Shown here one piece after another: positions 50,804-63,200 of a stretch of DNA of 64,000 nucleotides. Location of the stretch: NCBI GenBank assembly GCA_031275795.1, contig JAISOG010000005.1, positions 69-64,068 of the forward strand. Direction: 5' to 3'. Source of the stretch: Candidatus Endomicrobiellum incisitermitis. Its GTDB lineage: Bacteria > Elusimicrobiota > Endomicrobiia > Endomicrobiales > Endomicrobiaceae. Position numbers and translations under genes: made by a program. The notes beneath the pieces were generated by a model. The model ran no database searches. It had not been told where the DNA came from and was given only the letters and a program-made list of their open reading frames with translations. The number at the start of each line of letters is the position of its first letter. Position 1 is the stretch's first letter.

Positions 50804-51163
50804 GTGAAGAACGTAAAAGAAGTGTTAAGTTTAAAAATTGTAAACTTTAAAGAAATTAGGTGTTTATTAAACAAAAATATAGCAGCGCTTGTGATTGTTT
50901 TTTGTATGGGAGTAAATGGAATTGTTCCAAAAGAAGTTAATATTAACAAAAACAGTTTAGTTTTAGTGGTTGATTTAGCCAGAGACACTGCAGTTAGAGA
51001 TATTTTTAAACGTTGTAACGAGAGTCTAATCATAATATCTAGTAAAATATCAAAAGAATTACAAATTTTTTTATTTCAAAGCTCTACTAATAGTAGTTAC
51101 ATGTCAGCGCAAAAAAGCACGCAGAACAATAAAATAAATGAATATTCAGGTAGGTTTTTATGA
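50804..51163 (+). CDS. Small hypothetical membrane protein, translationally coupled to the giant ORF
   Basis: GTG start 6 nt after AAAGGAG. One hydrophobic segment, IAALVIVFCMGVNGIV. Its TGA overlaps the giant ORF ATG (ATGA). Confidence 0.55.
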   Translation: MKNVKEVLSLKIVNFKEIRCLLNKNIAALVIVFCMGVNGIVPKEVNINKNSLVLVVDLARDTAVRDIFKRCNESLIIISSKISKELQIFLFQSSTNSSYMSAQKSTQNNKINEYSGRFL

Positions 51164-51288
51164 ACTTTAAAAGTAAGAAGTTGGACTACTTTAAAGAACA
51201 TTGGAAAAGACAGATATTTTTAAAAGGTGTATGTATGATTGTTAGTGCATGCATAATTTTAAACATAATAAATCTGCCAGCATATGCA
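51160..51288 (+). other. Giant ORF: N-terminal signal peptide / signal anchor
   Basis: MNFKSKKLDYFKEHWKRQIFLKGVCMIVSACIILNIINLPAYA: a basic n-region, a hydrophobic core, and A-x-A. Confidence 0.6.
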
Positions 51289-54200
51289 AATACACAAGAA
51301 GATCTTAGGAAGAAAGCTTTTAGCAGGGAAAACAAACAACAAGATGTTCTATATCAAAAAGACACGAGCTTTAATAGTGTTAGTGTGATGAACAGTTTGG
51401 AAGCAAATATAAAGATTGATAAAAAGACAGAAAATATATTTGTAGGCAAAGAGCTAAAAGGATTTTTGTCAAAAGAAAAAGATGGGCAAGGGCGTAGAAA
51501 AGTAATGGTGCATAAGGGAGAAAGTTTTGAGGAAGATGAAGTTTTAACAGCCATGGTAGACAATAAGCTTAAAGGCAGAAAGTCTAGTAGTGGTGTTGAA
51601 ACAAGACAGATATCACAAGATCAAAGATCACAAGATCAAAGATCGCAAGAGCAATCGCTAAGTGTAAAAGAAGGAGAATCCACACGACAACAAAAAGACA
51701 AAAGTGCCCAAGAGCAAGAAAGCAAAGAAGAAGTAAAAGAAGAAACTAGACAGTCTCAAAGCCCAAAAGAAGAAAGAGTAGCAAAACAACAAGGAGCTAA
51801 AGAAGGAGTAGAAAAAGAAGCCATAGAGGAAGCAAGAAGGGAACAAGAGCAAAGATCTAAGCAGGAAAGTCAAGGAGAGCAAGAAGAAAGGGAAACTGAA
51901 AGAGAAGGATCTATCAACGCACAAGAGCAGGTTTTACAAGGACAAAGAGATATAGATGTTGAAAAGGCTAGTTATACATCAAAAAGAGTGCAAGAACTGG
52001 CAGAATCTTTAGAAAAAGAAGAAAAAGATAGAGATAAAGTTATTGAAGAAATAGCAGAACAAACAGGGTTAAGTAAAGAGCAAGTAGAAGAAGAACTCTC
52101 AAAGCTAGATGAAGCGCAAAGAAAAGGAGTAATAGCAGCATTAGCTAAATTGTTTGGGCAAGGGAAAGATATAGTCTACTGCGTGGCAGAGGTTTTAGGG
52201 ACAGTGCTAAATGAAACAAATAAAGGGTTGTTAGGATTTGCAGCTATTTTAGCAGAGGCAATAGCAGGGATATTTGTAAAAAATAACCAAGATTTAATAA
52301 GTGGCAAATCTGAGCAGCTAATGTTAAGTGCGCAAGCAATACAAACAGTACTGAGAAAGTATGGTAAAGAGTATGTTGGGATAGATACAAATATTGATGA
52401 TATAATAGCAGGGCTTAATGTAGGAGAATCAGCAATAGTGCATGTTGGGACAAACCATTTTATAACAATAACAAAAAATGAAGATGGGACGTTTACAAAG
52501 ACAGACATAAACAAGTCTCAAGAAACATTAACAGCAAAGGAGCTTAAGTCAGCTCTGGAAAGGGAGTACGGTTTAAAGGAAGGCCAAACAACAACAGTAC
52601 TTGTAAAAGATGATAATGAGAAGTTTAAAGGGATAAAACGGGTAGATACACTGGGCGAAGTTTTAGGAGCAGAGCGAGAAGAATATGTTGGCATAGAAAT
52701 AAATATTAACCATATAATTGAGGGGCTTAATGTAGGGGAATCAGTAATAGTGTACGTTGTCAGAGACCGTTGTGTAACAATAACAAAGAATGAAGATGGA
52801 ACGTTTACAAAGACAGACAACGTAAACAATACACCAGAAACATTAACAGCACAGGAGCTTAAGCGTGTTATGGTAGAGCAGTACGACTTAAAGGAAGAAC
52901 AAATAACAAGAGTAGTTGTAAGAGCAGATAATGAGAAGTTTAAAAGGATTGTATATGATCTGAGCGAAGCTATAGGAGCACAGCGTCAATGGGATAAGAG
53001 CCAATTTGAAGGGAAATCGCAAGAAGAGTATTATAGGCAATATGGGGAAGAGTCGTACGAAAAGCTTATGATACAGATGTACGGGACAACAAGCTTAAGT
53101 CCAGAACAGTCAAGGGAGTTTGCAGCATTTTATGAAAAATTTTTAGAAGCAGCTATTATAGATATAGATAAAACAATGTCAGATGAAAAGGCATCAGAAG
53201 AATCCAAAGAAGTTGCAAAAGCATTAAAAACGCAGGCAGCAAAAGAGCTAGCAATTATTGAAGGGACGTTGGAAGTGTTAAGAGAACATGTAGGAGTAGT
53301 TAGTGGACAAGTAGGGCAAGTATTGCTTATACAAGAGAGGGCATATCCAAACGAAAGCCAAGGTATTGCAGAAGGAGAGTATTATCAAGTTATTACAATT
53401 TATGCAGACGATCTAAAAGAACAACATAGTATTGTAGGATCAGACGGAAAAAGTGTGTCTATAGAGAGTTATCGAATAAGTAGAGGGTGGTCAATAAGTA
53501 CAAGAGAAGGGGTAAGAGTAACGCGCAGTGATGGCAGCACATATCAAGTTTTTGGTATAGGAGGCAAGTTTGAAGGGATGGAAGTTGGATTTGAATATAT
53601 AGTTGCATATAATGCAAACGGAACATTTTATATGGACGAGCAAGCAAATATATATTTGCTAAATGATACAGATAGAGTTTATCAAGCAAGAGAAGAAAGA
53701 GGATCAAGGCCACCAACAAGTGGGATGTATAAAGGAGCAGCGCCAGAAAGAGAAAATTGGACGCATGGGAAAATAATAGAGACAGAGTCAGGATATATGA
53801 TATATGGAGCAGGAAGCAAAATTACTGTAAGAAAGACAAGCAGAGGATGGGAAGCAGACGCCATAGGAATAGGGACAGAGGCTATGAGAGGATCAGTGTT
53901 AAGAATATCAGCAAATGATCCAAACGGAGTAGCAGCGACGATATTCTTAGATATTAAAGAAGGGTTTATGGTGTATGCAGGGAACTATTGGGTACCTTCA
54001 GATGGATTTATCTGGCAATATGATGAAAGTGTAACTGCAGAGCAAATAGAACAATTCATAAAAAATACGATAAGTACGCAACTAGGATCCAATGCAGAGG
54101 GAATAGAAGAGATAGAGCTAATATATGGAGAAGCAGTAGAAGCAGCAAAAGCAAAAGCAAAAGAAAAAGCAGAAGAAGAAATAGAAGAAGAAAGAAAAAA

Positions 54201-57200
54201 ATATGCATCAGAGATCCCCCCAGCGCAATATAAGGCTGCACATAAAAAAGAGATAGAAGAAAAAGCACAAGAGTACTATGAGGATATATATGAACAAGAG
54301 GTAGCACAAACAAAAGAGGACTTTAAAAACAAAAAAATGCTAGGAGCGCCGTTTTCTACAGAGGCAATTTTTAAGTCTATGGGGATAAGTGCCAAAATCC
54401 ATACAAAAGCAGGGTTTACATATGATGGCACAAAATCTGATGGAGACATATATAAGCTTACAATAGAATCTGCTACAGTACTAGAAATAAAAGAGCAAGA
54501 TGGCGAGTTAGTTACGGTTGCAACAGAAGACATTAGAGTGAAAGCGGTTATAAGTGAAGGAGGTTGGGAGCTTGATAGTGGAGGCACTACACTGACTGAT
54601 AGTATTAAACAAGGGCAAGTGTTTTCATTTGCCACGGTGCTAAATAACGCAGGAAGGCAAATAGTAAATACAAGAGAAATTGAAATAATTACAGGATATG
54701 AAATTAGTGGGCATGATGAGAAGGGTAATAATTATTACGATTATAGTAAACCAAAATATTCAAAAATGGATCCTGGAACTTTTAAAGTAGGAGGAAATAG
54801 CGATGGGAAGTACATTTTAATAAATAATCTTTATATAAGTATTAGCAAGGGGAATTGGGAGGTGATGCAAGAGCAGTCTGGTAGTCAGTACGACAAAACA
54901 GAGGAAAATTGTGCGTATTGGCATGAAGGAGCCCAGATAACAATTTCTAAAAGAGGTAATACGTTTGATATTAGTATAAGTAAAGGGGACCTTACAGTAA
55001 AAAATCTAACAGTTACGTTATATCACAAGATGAACGATAGTAGTGGTGGAGGGGATGATAGTGATGATAGCTATGAAGGACCTAGGATAGAGGGAGCCTA
55101 TATAACAGATTATAAAGAGCTTTACAATAATATGTACTCATATAAAATACAAACAGGAACATTTAAAGGAGTTTCAGGAGAGCAAGGAACGCAAAACAGT
55201 TTAGGAAACTTTATGTTTGTTCCAGGCTCAGACTTCAAAAAAGGTTCGATTATACAAGCAGATGCGACAAGGGCAAAATATGATTCTAAGATAAAGAAGG
55301 ATGGGAGTATAGATGCCTACGGTGCAAAATGGTATGAAAAGCTCAGGGACGGGATAGTAGGATTCTTTAGTATATTAGCATTTTCTTTAATGACTATTTT
55401 TACGTTAGGAGCAATGATATGGGCAAAAGAAATGAAAGGGATGGGCTGGGCAAAAGAATGGGCAGCCATAACGTATGGGTATTGGAATCATGTGGAAGCA
55501 GACGGGAGTAATAAAGAAGCAGTACAAAGAGGGATGGATTTAGGAATAGCAGGACTTGCAGCAGTAGCAATATTAGTAGTAGCGGCAATATCTATAGCAG
55601 GTTCTATTTTTACAGGAGGAGCAAGTATTATAGGAGCAATAGGAGCAGTGGTGGCCCTAGCAGGAGCAGTAGCAAGTTCAGTAAGTGCAATAAATTTGAC
55701 AAATTCAGCAATACAAGCGTTTAGAGCAGGCAAAGGAGGGCAAGGAGCGTTAATGTTGTTTTTTGCATTGCTGACAGTAGTACTTGCATGCGTAGGAGCA
55801 GGGCAGATGGGCAGTACAATAGCGTCTGGGTTGGCAACATTAGGGAAACAATTTTTTATAAAGATGGCAGTAGGAGCAGTAATAGGAGCAGCAGCAGGAG
55901 CAGGAATAGCAGCAGCATCTTATGGTATAAGATATGCTATAGATAAATCAAAAGGTAGAGCTGAGGATTTTGACTGGGCAGAGTTTGGGAAAGAAGTAGG
56001 AATAGGAGCAATAACAGGAGCGTTTGCAGGAGCAGCAGCAGGAGCACAAGTGGCAACTGCAGTGGCAAAAAGTGTAGCAAAAGGAGTTGCTCAGGAGGTA
56101 GCAAAAGGAGTAGGAGAAGGAGTGGCAAAAGCGGTAGGAGAGGAAGTAGCAGAAGATGTTTCAAAAGAGATAACAAAGCAAGTGTCTAAAGAGGTAGGAG
56201 AAGAACTAGCCGGAAGCATAGCTGGAAAAGTTTCAAAAGATGTATTATCACAAATAACGGGAAGTTTAACAAAAGGAGTAAGTGTTGAAGTAGGTAAAGA
56301 AGTAGCAAAAAACGTTGCAAAAGAGGTAGGAGAAGGAGTGGCAGAAGAAGTAGCAAAAGATGTTAGTAAGGAAGTAGCAAAAAATGTTGTAGATGATTTA
56401 GCAACAAATGTAGCAAAAAGTGTAGAAGCGCAAATTGTGAAGGAGTTATCAGGTGAAGTTTCAAAAGAAGTAGGAGAAAAAATAGCAAAAAGTGTAGCAG
56501 AAAAAGTGGCAAAAAGCATATCAAGAAGTATCGCAGAGAAGGTAGGTGAGGAAGTTCCTGTGGGTGTTGGAGAAATAGCAAAAGAGCTGATTTTGGGAGG
56601 GACAAGTTTTAAAAGACAGGCAGGGCAAACCACTTTACAATTTGTAGGTACAGTTACAAAGTCAGTGATAACAGTAGTTAGCAGGGTTGGGATGCAAGCA
56701 TTAAATGGATATATGACGTACATGTCGGCAAAGAGTTTTGTTGATTGTATGGAAAAGGGAGATGTATTGGGCGCAGCCAAAGCATTGTACACACTGGTTT
56801 CCATAAACATAATAATGCCTGTTATGTCAGGCCATTCAGCAATTAAAGAGGACGGGACTTTAAAAGCATCAGATCTAGCAAAAGAAGGTGCAGGAGATTT
56901 GACAAGTACAGCAAAAAATACTGAGGTTGTTACTAAAGGTATAACAATCCAAGGGATGTCAATAGGTTGGAAAGTAGGATCAGTAGCTATAACGACAGTA
57001 GTAGGGGCTGGTGTAGGAGTGGGAATATCTGTTATAATAGATTTAGTAAGTGGTAAAAAGATAAAAGCTAAAGATCTCATAATAGGAGGAGGAGTTGGTG
57101 CGACTATTGGGTTCGGGTTTGGCGCACTTGCAACGAAAGCAGATTGGACTATGCTGGGCAACTCTGTTAAGACATCTCTAGCGAAAACCTTTGCGCCTTT

Positions 57201-60200
57201 TGCAGGGAGGACTGCCAACCTTGTGAGGGGCGCAGATGGTGATATTGTAGTTCAAGAGTTGAGTGAATTTAGTGGATCAACAATGGTTAGGTCCTGGGTT
57301 GGTCTTGTAGGAGGAGGAGCAATAGGAGTAGGTATAGGGGCAGGGATATGGGCAGTTAAAGGCCATAAGAAAGAAGATATGGCCAGGTATCTTATAGTAG
57401 GAGGAGTAGGAGGAAGTGTGGTAGGAGCAGGATTTGCAAATGCGTGGTCATCAGGAGGATATAAAGGAGCGTGGGCCAATTTTAAAGCAAATCCAAAAGC
57501 TGTTTTTATGGAAGCAAAAGGATATCTGCAAGAGTCTCTAGTTAAAAGTGTTACGATGGTGCAAGAGATAAATATGTTCAACACGTATATGGCCTATAGT
57601 ACAGGAATACTAAACCAAATATATAATAAAATTACAGGGGAGTCATTAGCAAATACAGATATTGTTAAATTTATTAATAAAGTAACAGGGATGAGTTTGT
57701 TCAAGTCGCAAGCAGATATAGAAGAAGATACAGAATTTGAAAAGAGGAAGAAGAAAGCACAAGAAAAAGGAGAAGAGTTTAAAGAAGAGGGAGTAGTTTA
57801 CAAAGCGGAGTTTGGACAGGAAGAAGCTAATGCGGTAATAGAGCAAAATTGGGGAAGTCTTACAAGTCCAACGATGTATGCAAGTAATGTAGTGGGAGGA
57901 TTTTTAAAGCCAGTGTTAGGGCCAGCGCTGCAACATTCGCCAATTTTAGGGAGTGTGATGAATGTTATGGAAAGTGCAGGAAGCGTGTCTATAATGCAAA
58001 AGCATAAAATAGTAAGTATGTTTTACAACATGGGAGTAAAAATAAGATTATTAAACATTATTTCAAAGCAAGTGTTTGACGATCCGAATGATCCAGAGGA
58101 TGATCAGATAGCAGAAGTTCTGGGAGGATTTGCATTTATGCAAATGTTTGAGACAATGGCACCTCAAACAATGCCAGCTCAAACCCAGGCAGAAGCAGAG
58201 AAATTTTTAACATCTGGGCAAGAAATTAGTAAGATGGTAGATGGTAACCAAATAAAAGTAGCCCTTGGTGAAGAAGTTTATAATTCAGCGACGTTGCTGA
58301 AGAAGGCAAGTAGTAAAGAAAAGTTTGAAGGTAACTTGAAAACAGTTTGTAGTAATTTAGGGTTAAGTTATGAAGTAGTTAGTCAGGAAGTAGGATTAGG
58401 CAAAAACTATAACCAAATAGTTAGCAGTCTTGTTATAGAGTACGTGTTAAAGGGAGTAAGTGAAAGAGGAGCATTGCCAGAGCAGATTCAAAAGGTTAGA
58501 AGTGAGTTAAATACAATAGTAGAAACAAGCCCAATAATGAAGCAAGGAGCAGGGTTATCTAGCTTTGATATAATTAATTCAATTTCATGTAAACTAAATT
58601 ATTTATATGCAAGTGCAAAAATACTAGAATTAAATGTAGAAGGAATAAGAGTAGAGAGTATTGCTAGTGGGAGTCTTAGTAAGGGAGAATATAAAAAAAT
58701 ACTTCAAGCTCAAGACGCAAAAGAAACAGGTTCAGGAGTAGTTTTACTTATGAACTACCTATCAGGAATAAGTTCAGTAAATAGTTTGCCAATAAATGAG
58801 CTTATAGGAGCAGTAAGTGAATATAATAATAAATTATTTGAGTTAAAGGAAGCAACAAAAGCAACACTAGCAGCACTTAAATTATTAAATCTAAGTGAAG
58901 ATCAAATTAATAGAATAAGTGAAATAGTGTTAAAAGAAGGATCAGTTAGTGCTGAGAATAAGTTAACAGAAGGAGCTAGCCAAGAAATAAGTAAGGTTTT
59001 AGGAAAAGCAGGGACAGAAGTTGTTGTAAAGCTAATAGTTGGAAATCTTGAAAGAAATATCAATATAGGGAGTATAAGAAACGCATTTGAGAATGTATAT
59101 TCTCAAAGAACAAAGATTACAATAGGGTATATGATGAGTATGCTTGCTACATCAGTTGTATCAAAAGAGGATCCTTTGACAAAAGAGTTGATGAGATCAT
59201 TAGAAAAACAATTATTTAGGGCAGATACATATGTTGTGTATACTACTTTTAGAGATAGTCCTGCGCTCAAAGAGGTAGGTGAAATAGAAAGTCTAAGAAA
59301 TATTATTCAACAAGCAAAAGCTGATCTTACATCAACACTTAAGTCATTAAGTGCGTTAAAGTTATCTGATATGCAAATTAATAAAATAAATGAAATAGTG
59401 TTAAAAGAAGGAGCAGTTGGTTCTGACAATAAGTTAACAAGGGAAGCTCAAGAGGGAATACAAGAAGTTGTTGGAAGTAAAGTTGTAACTAATCTTGTAG
59501 TTAGAAATATTGAAGAACTTAGAAGTATAGAAGGGACAAAACTTAGTGCAGAACAGAAAGGGCAGTTAGCATTGCTAGAAGCAATATATATGCCTCAAGA
59601 AATATCTTTAAATACTGCAATTAATAATCTAGTCAAGGAAGTTGCAAGTGGAAAATTGAGTTATGAAGAGTTTAACTTAGTAATAGGGGCATCAGACATT
59701 TTATATTCTAGAGTTACAAGTGTAGAACAAAGGAAGAAACTTGCTGATTATAGGAAGGAGATCACAGTAGCAGCAGTTAATATGACAAAAGAAGTTATCA
59801 AAGAGACAGCTAAATTACAAAAAGAAGGACAAATAACCAAAGGAGAAGCAAAGGGATTTTCAGAAAGTATTAGAAATGCTTTTAATGAAGTAGGCAAAGT
59901 AGGCAATATTAGCAGTTTGATGGGAGCAAATGCAAATGCTAGACGTATGTTAAGCTCTATTAGGGAAAGAGATATAGTGCAAGTAGTAGATGCACAGGGG
60001 AAGTTTTTATCATTTGATACTTCTGCTGGGAAAAATGTGATAGAAGTAAATAGGATAGAAAGTACAGCAAAAGGGATGAAGATAAACCTTACTGTTGACG
60101 GGAAAAATATAGGGGATGTAGTATTGAAAGGGAATCTTGAAGCGCTATCTAAAAACGAAAAGTTAGCACAAGCTATTGTAGAGAAATATCCTAATATGCT

Positions 60201-63200
60201 GGCCACAGATATTGCATTAAATAGAGCTTTAAGTGAGGCTATAAAACCGAATTTAGAAGTTCAGGCCAACAAAATAATAGAAATAGCAAGTAAAGCAGAG
60301 TCATTAGATGCCGATAAAAAAGTGACAAAAGAAGCCAGAATAGAGATAGAAGAAGTTGTAGGGAGTAAAGATATAGCAAACAAGATTATTAATAGTATAG
60401 AAGATGGAAATATTGGAGGCGTAAAAGATGTAGTGTATAGTTCAGTTGAGAAGATAATTGAAGTTTTAAATATGCAAGAAGCGTTTAGTAAAGAAGATGT
60501 TAATAAGTTGACAGAAGTATCCAAGAAGACAATACAAGAGCTAGTGAGAAACAAAGAAGTGGCAAATAATATTATAAGAAGTATAGAAGAAGTTAAGTTT
60601 TCAGATTTAAAAAAGGCACTACAAGAAGCATTATCAGGGCCAGAAGCATTAGTTTTAGGGGAAGGGTCATTTAGGATAGATGGTGAGGGCAAACAAATAG
60701 AAAACAAGGGATATATTTTATCGTCACAAGCAAAGAGTGCAATATTTAATTTATTAGGAGCAACAAATGCGACAAGAGTAATAGATAGTATAGATGCTCA
60801 GTTGAATACAGAAAAGATAGTAAACGACATAAAAACATTTAAGACTGATGCAAGCCAATTAATAAAGTTGTGTTCAGCAAATGTAAACCCTAGGGCAATA
60901 TCGATGTTATTTAGTCATTTAGAAGCAGATATCTCACCGCCAGACGGTAAAATAAAAATGTCTTTAGCAGATTTAGCTATATTGTGTGAGCAAACGCAAA
61001 ATGCAATAGCGCCACAACTAAAAGCGATGATAAATAAGATGATAAATGATAAGATGATAGATGATGAAAAGGAAGTAGAAAAAGCCGTTGACCAACTTTC
61101 TAAGTATTTAAAAGATTCAAGTTTACCTGAGAGAGAGACAATTTTTGAGCAAGTAAAAGAGAAAGTTAAATATAGTAATAATGTTGAAAATTCACAACTG
61201 TACGAAATAGTTAACCAGCATTTGGATGTTAGTAAGATTGTAAGTATTGCTATAGAAGAAATAGAGTTAATGAAAGGAGAAGGAAAATCTGAAGAAGAAA
61301 TAGTTGACAATGCAAATTTAAAGTTTGTTTTTGAAAATTCAGGATACCTTAGTCCGGATGCTTTATTACCAAGATTAAAACTATTAAGAGAGGAAAGTGC
61401 AGGTAAAACAAGATTAGAAATGATACAAGAGGAATTTTATGGAAAAGGAGGATATGTAGAGCAAGCAAAAGGATTTATAGAAACAAATACAATAGAGGTA
61501 GAAGGGAAAAAGAAGTTAAAGGAAGGGACAATAGATAGTTTAAGGGCGAAAGTGATAGCAATGGATTTGGAAGGGAAAGGGACAGAGGCAGTAAATTTGT
61601 TGAGGATAACATTAAATGAGTGTATGAGGCAAGCAGTAGGATTTGGGATAAGAGGATCACAGTCAGAACTAACAACGACATTACAAAATGATATAAATGC
61701 AGCATTGGGGATGGGAGGAGGAAAGACAGTATCCTTAGCATTAGATGCGGCGACGCAAAGGGTGTTGATGGGAAGTGCATTAAATTTAGAGATTTTGGTG
61801 GGCAATAGTGATTTAGAGAATTATGTAGGAGGGAGCTCACAAGCGCGAAAGTTTTTTGAGTTTGTAGGGATGAAAGCAGTAAGTATTAACGACTTTAAAC
61901 CAGAAGGAGGGCAAACAAACATAGGAAAGCTAAAAGAGGCATATCAAGACCCGAATGTAGTAGTGATAATGGACCCGACAATGAGGGGACATATGATGAA
62001 CGAAGCAGTAAGCAGAGGAGGAGAATCTGGGAGGGAACTAAGAGAAGTGTTGGAAAGTGTAAACAGGGTTACAGTAGACGAGGTACATTTGTGGGCGCTG
62101 ACGCGGACAGCAGCAGTAATAGGGGGAGATAACAAGCCACCAGATAAAGGGATAATAAAGAAGGCAGTAAAAATCGGAGATCTTATTAATGCTGAAAAGA
62201 TATATAAGCAGATAATAAAACCAGGAGCGATAGAGAAAACAATTACAATAGAAAAGAAAGAAGTTCTGGTAAAGCGTTTTAACAAAGAAGCAGATCTAAT
62301 AGAAGCGAAAGTGGAAGGGGAATATATAGCAATAATAGGAGAACAAACAGCGAGTATAGAAATAAGGATGTCAAAAGGAATAAGGGATGTATTGATAAAT
62401 AAGATAGGAAGCGCGCCAAAAGGATATACACCCGCAGGGATGTTATACAGTGTGATAAAGGGATTGTTTACAAGTTCAGAGAATGGGGGGATGGCAATAG
62501 GAGAGGACGGGAAAGTAAAACCAGTGGGAGCCACAGGAGTGCAGGAAAACATGGTTATTAATGATATATATTCACAGTTAGGGTTTGCATTAAAGAAAGG
62601 AATAGAGAAGAGAGTGTTTGATATAAGGGGATATATGTCAAAGAGTACGCAAATGAGTAATACAAGCATGCAGACGTCCCTAGCAGCGATATATAGTGGA
62701 GCAAGTGCGCGTATGGTAGGGATATCAGGGACAGTATCAGGGTTGGAGCAGCTAATAATAAACAGGACAGGATCAGGGAAGATATATAATATAACGGGAG
62801 AAAGAGTAGACCCGTCGATGTTTAATAGTGTTATGGAGATAGGGACTGCTTTATCAAAAGAAGTTATAAAAGAAAATCTTAAATCTTTAAGTGAATTGAA
62901 TTTGAATGAAAGTGTAATTAATGACATAGCTGAAATTGTTGCAAAGAAAGGAGCATTAGATGGTAATAACAAATTAACTCAAGAAGCTCAGGAAGAAATA
63001 AAAGAAATAATAGAAAAAGCTAAAGCTATTAAAAATCTTGAGAGGAATAAGGACAGTATAGAGGACAGTATAAGTATAGAGGACAGAATAAAGATTATTA
63101 GTGGAAGTATAGGGGATGGGTTAAGAGCAAAAATAACAAACGTTTTAATAAAAGCAATGCAAGATAAAACATTGTCACCAGACCCAGCATTAAATAATGC

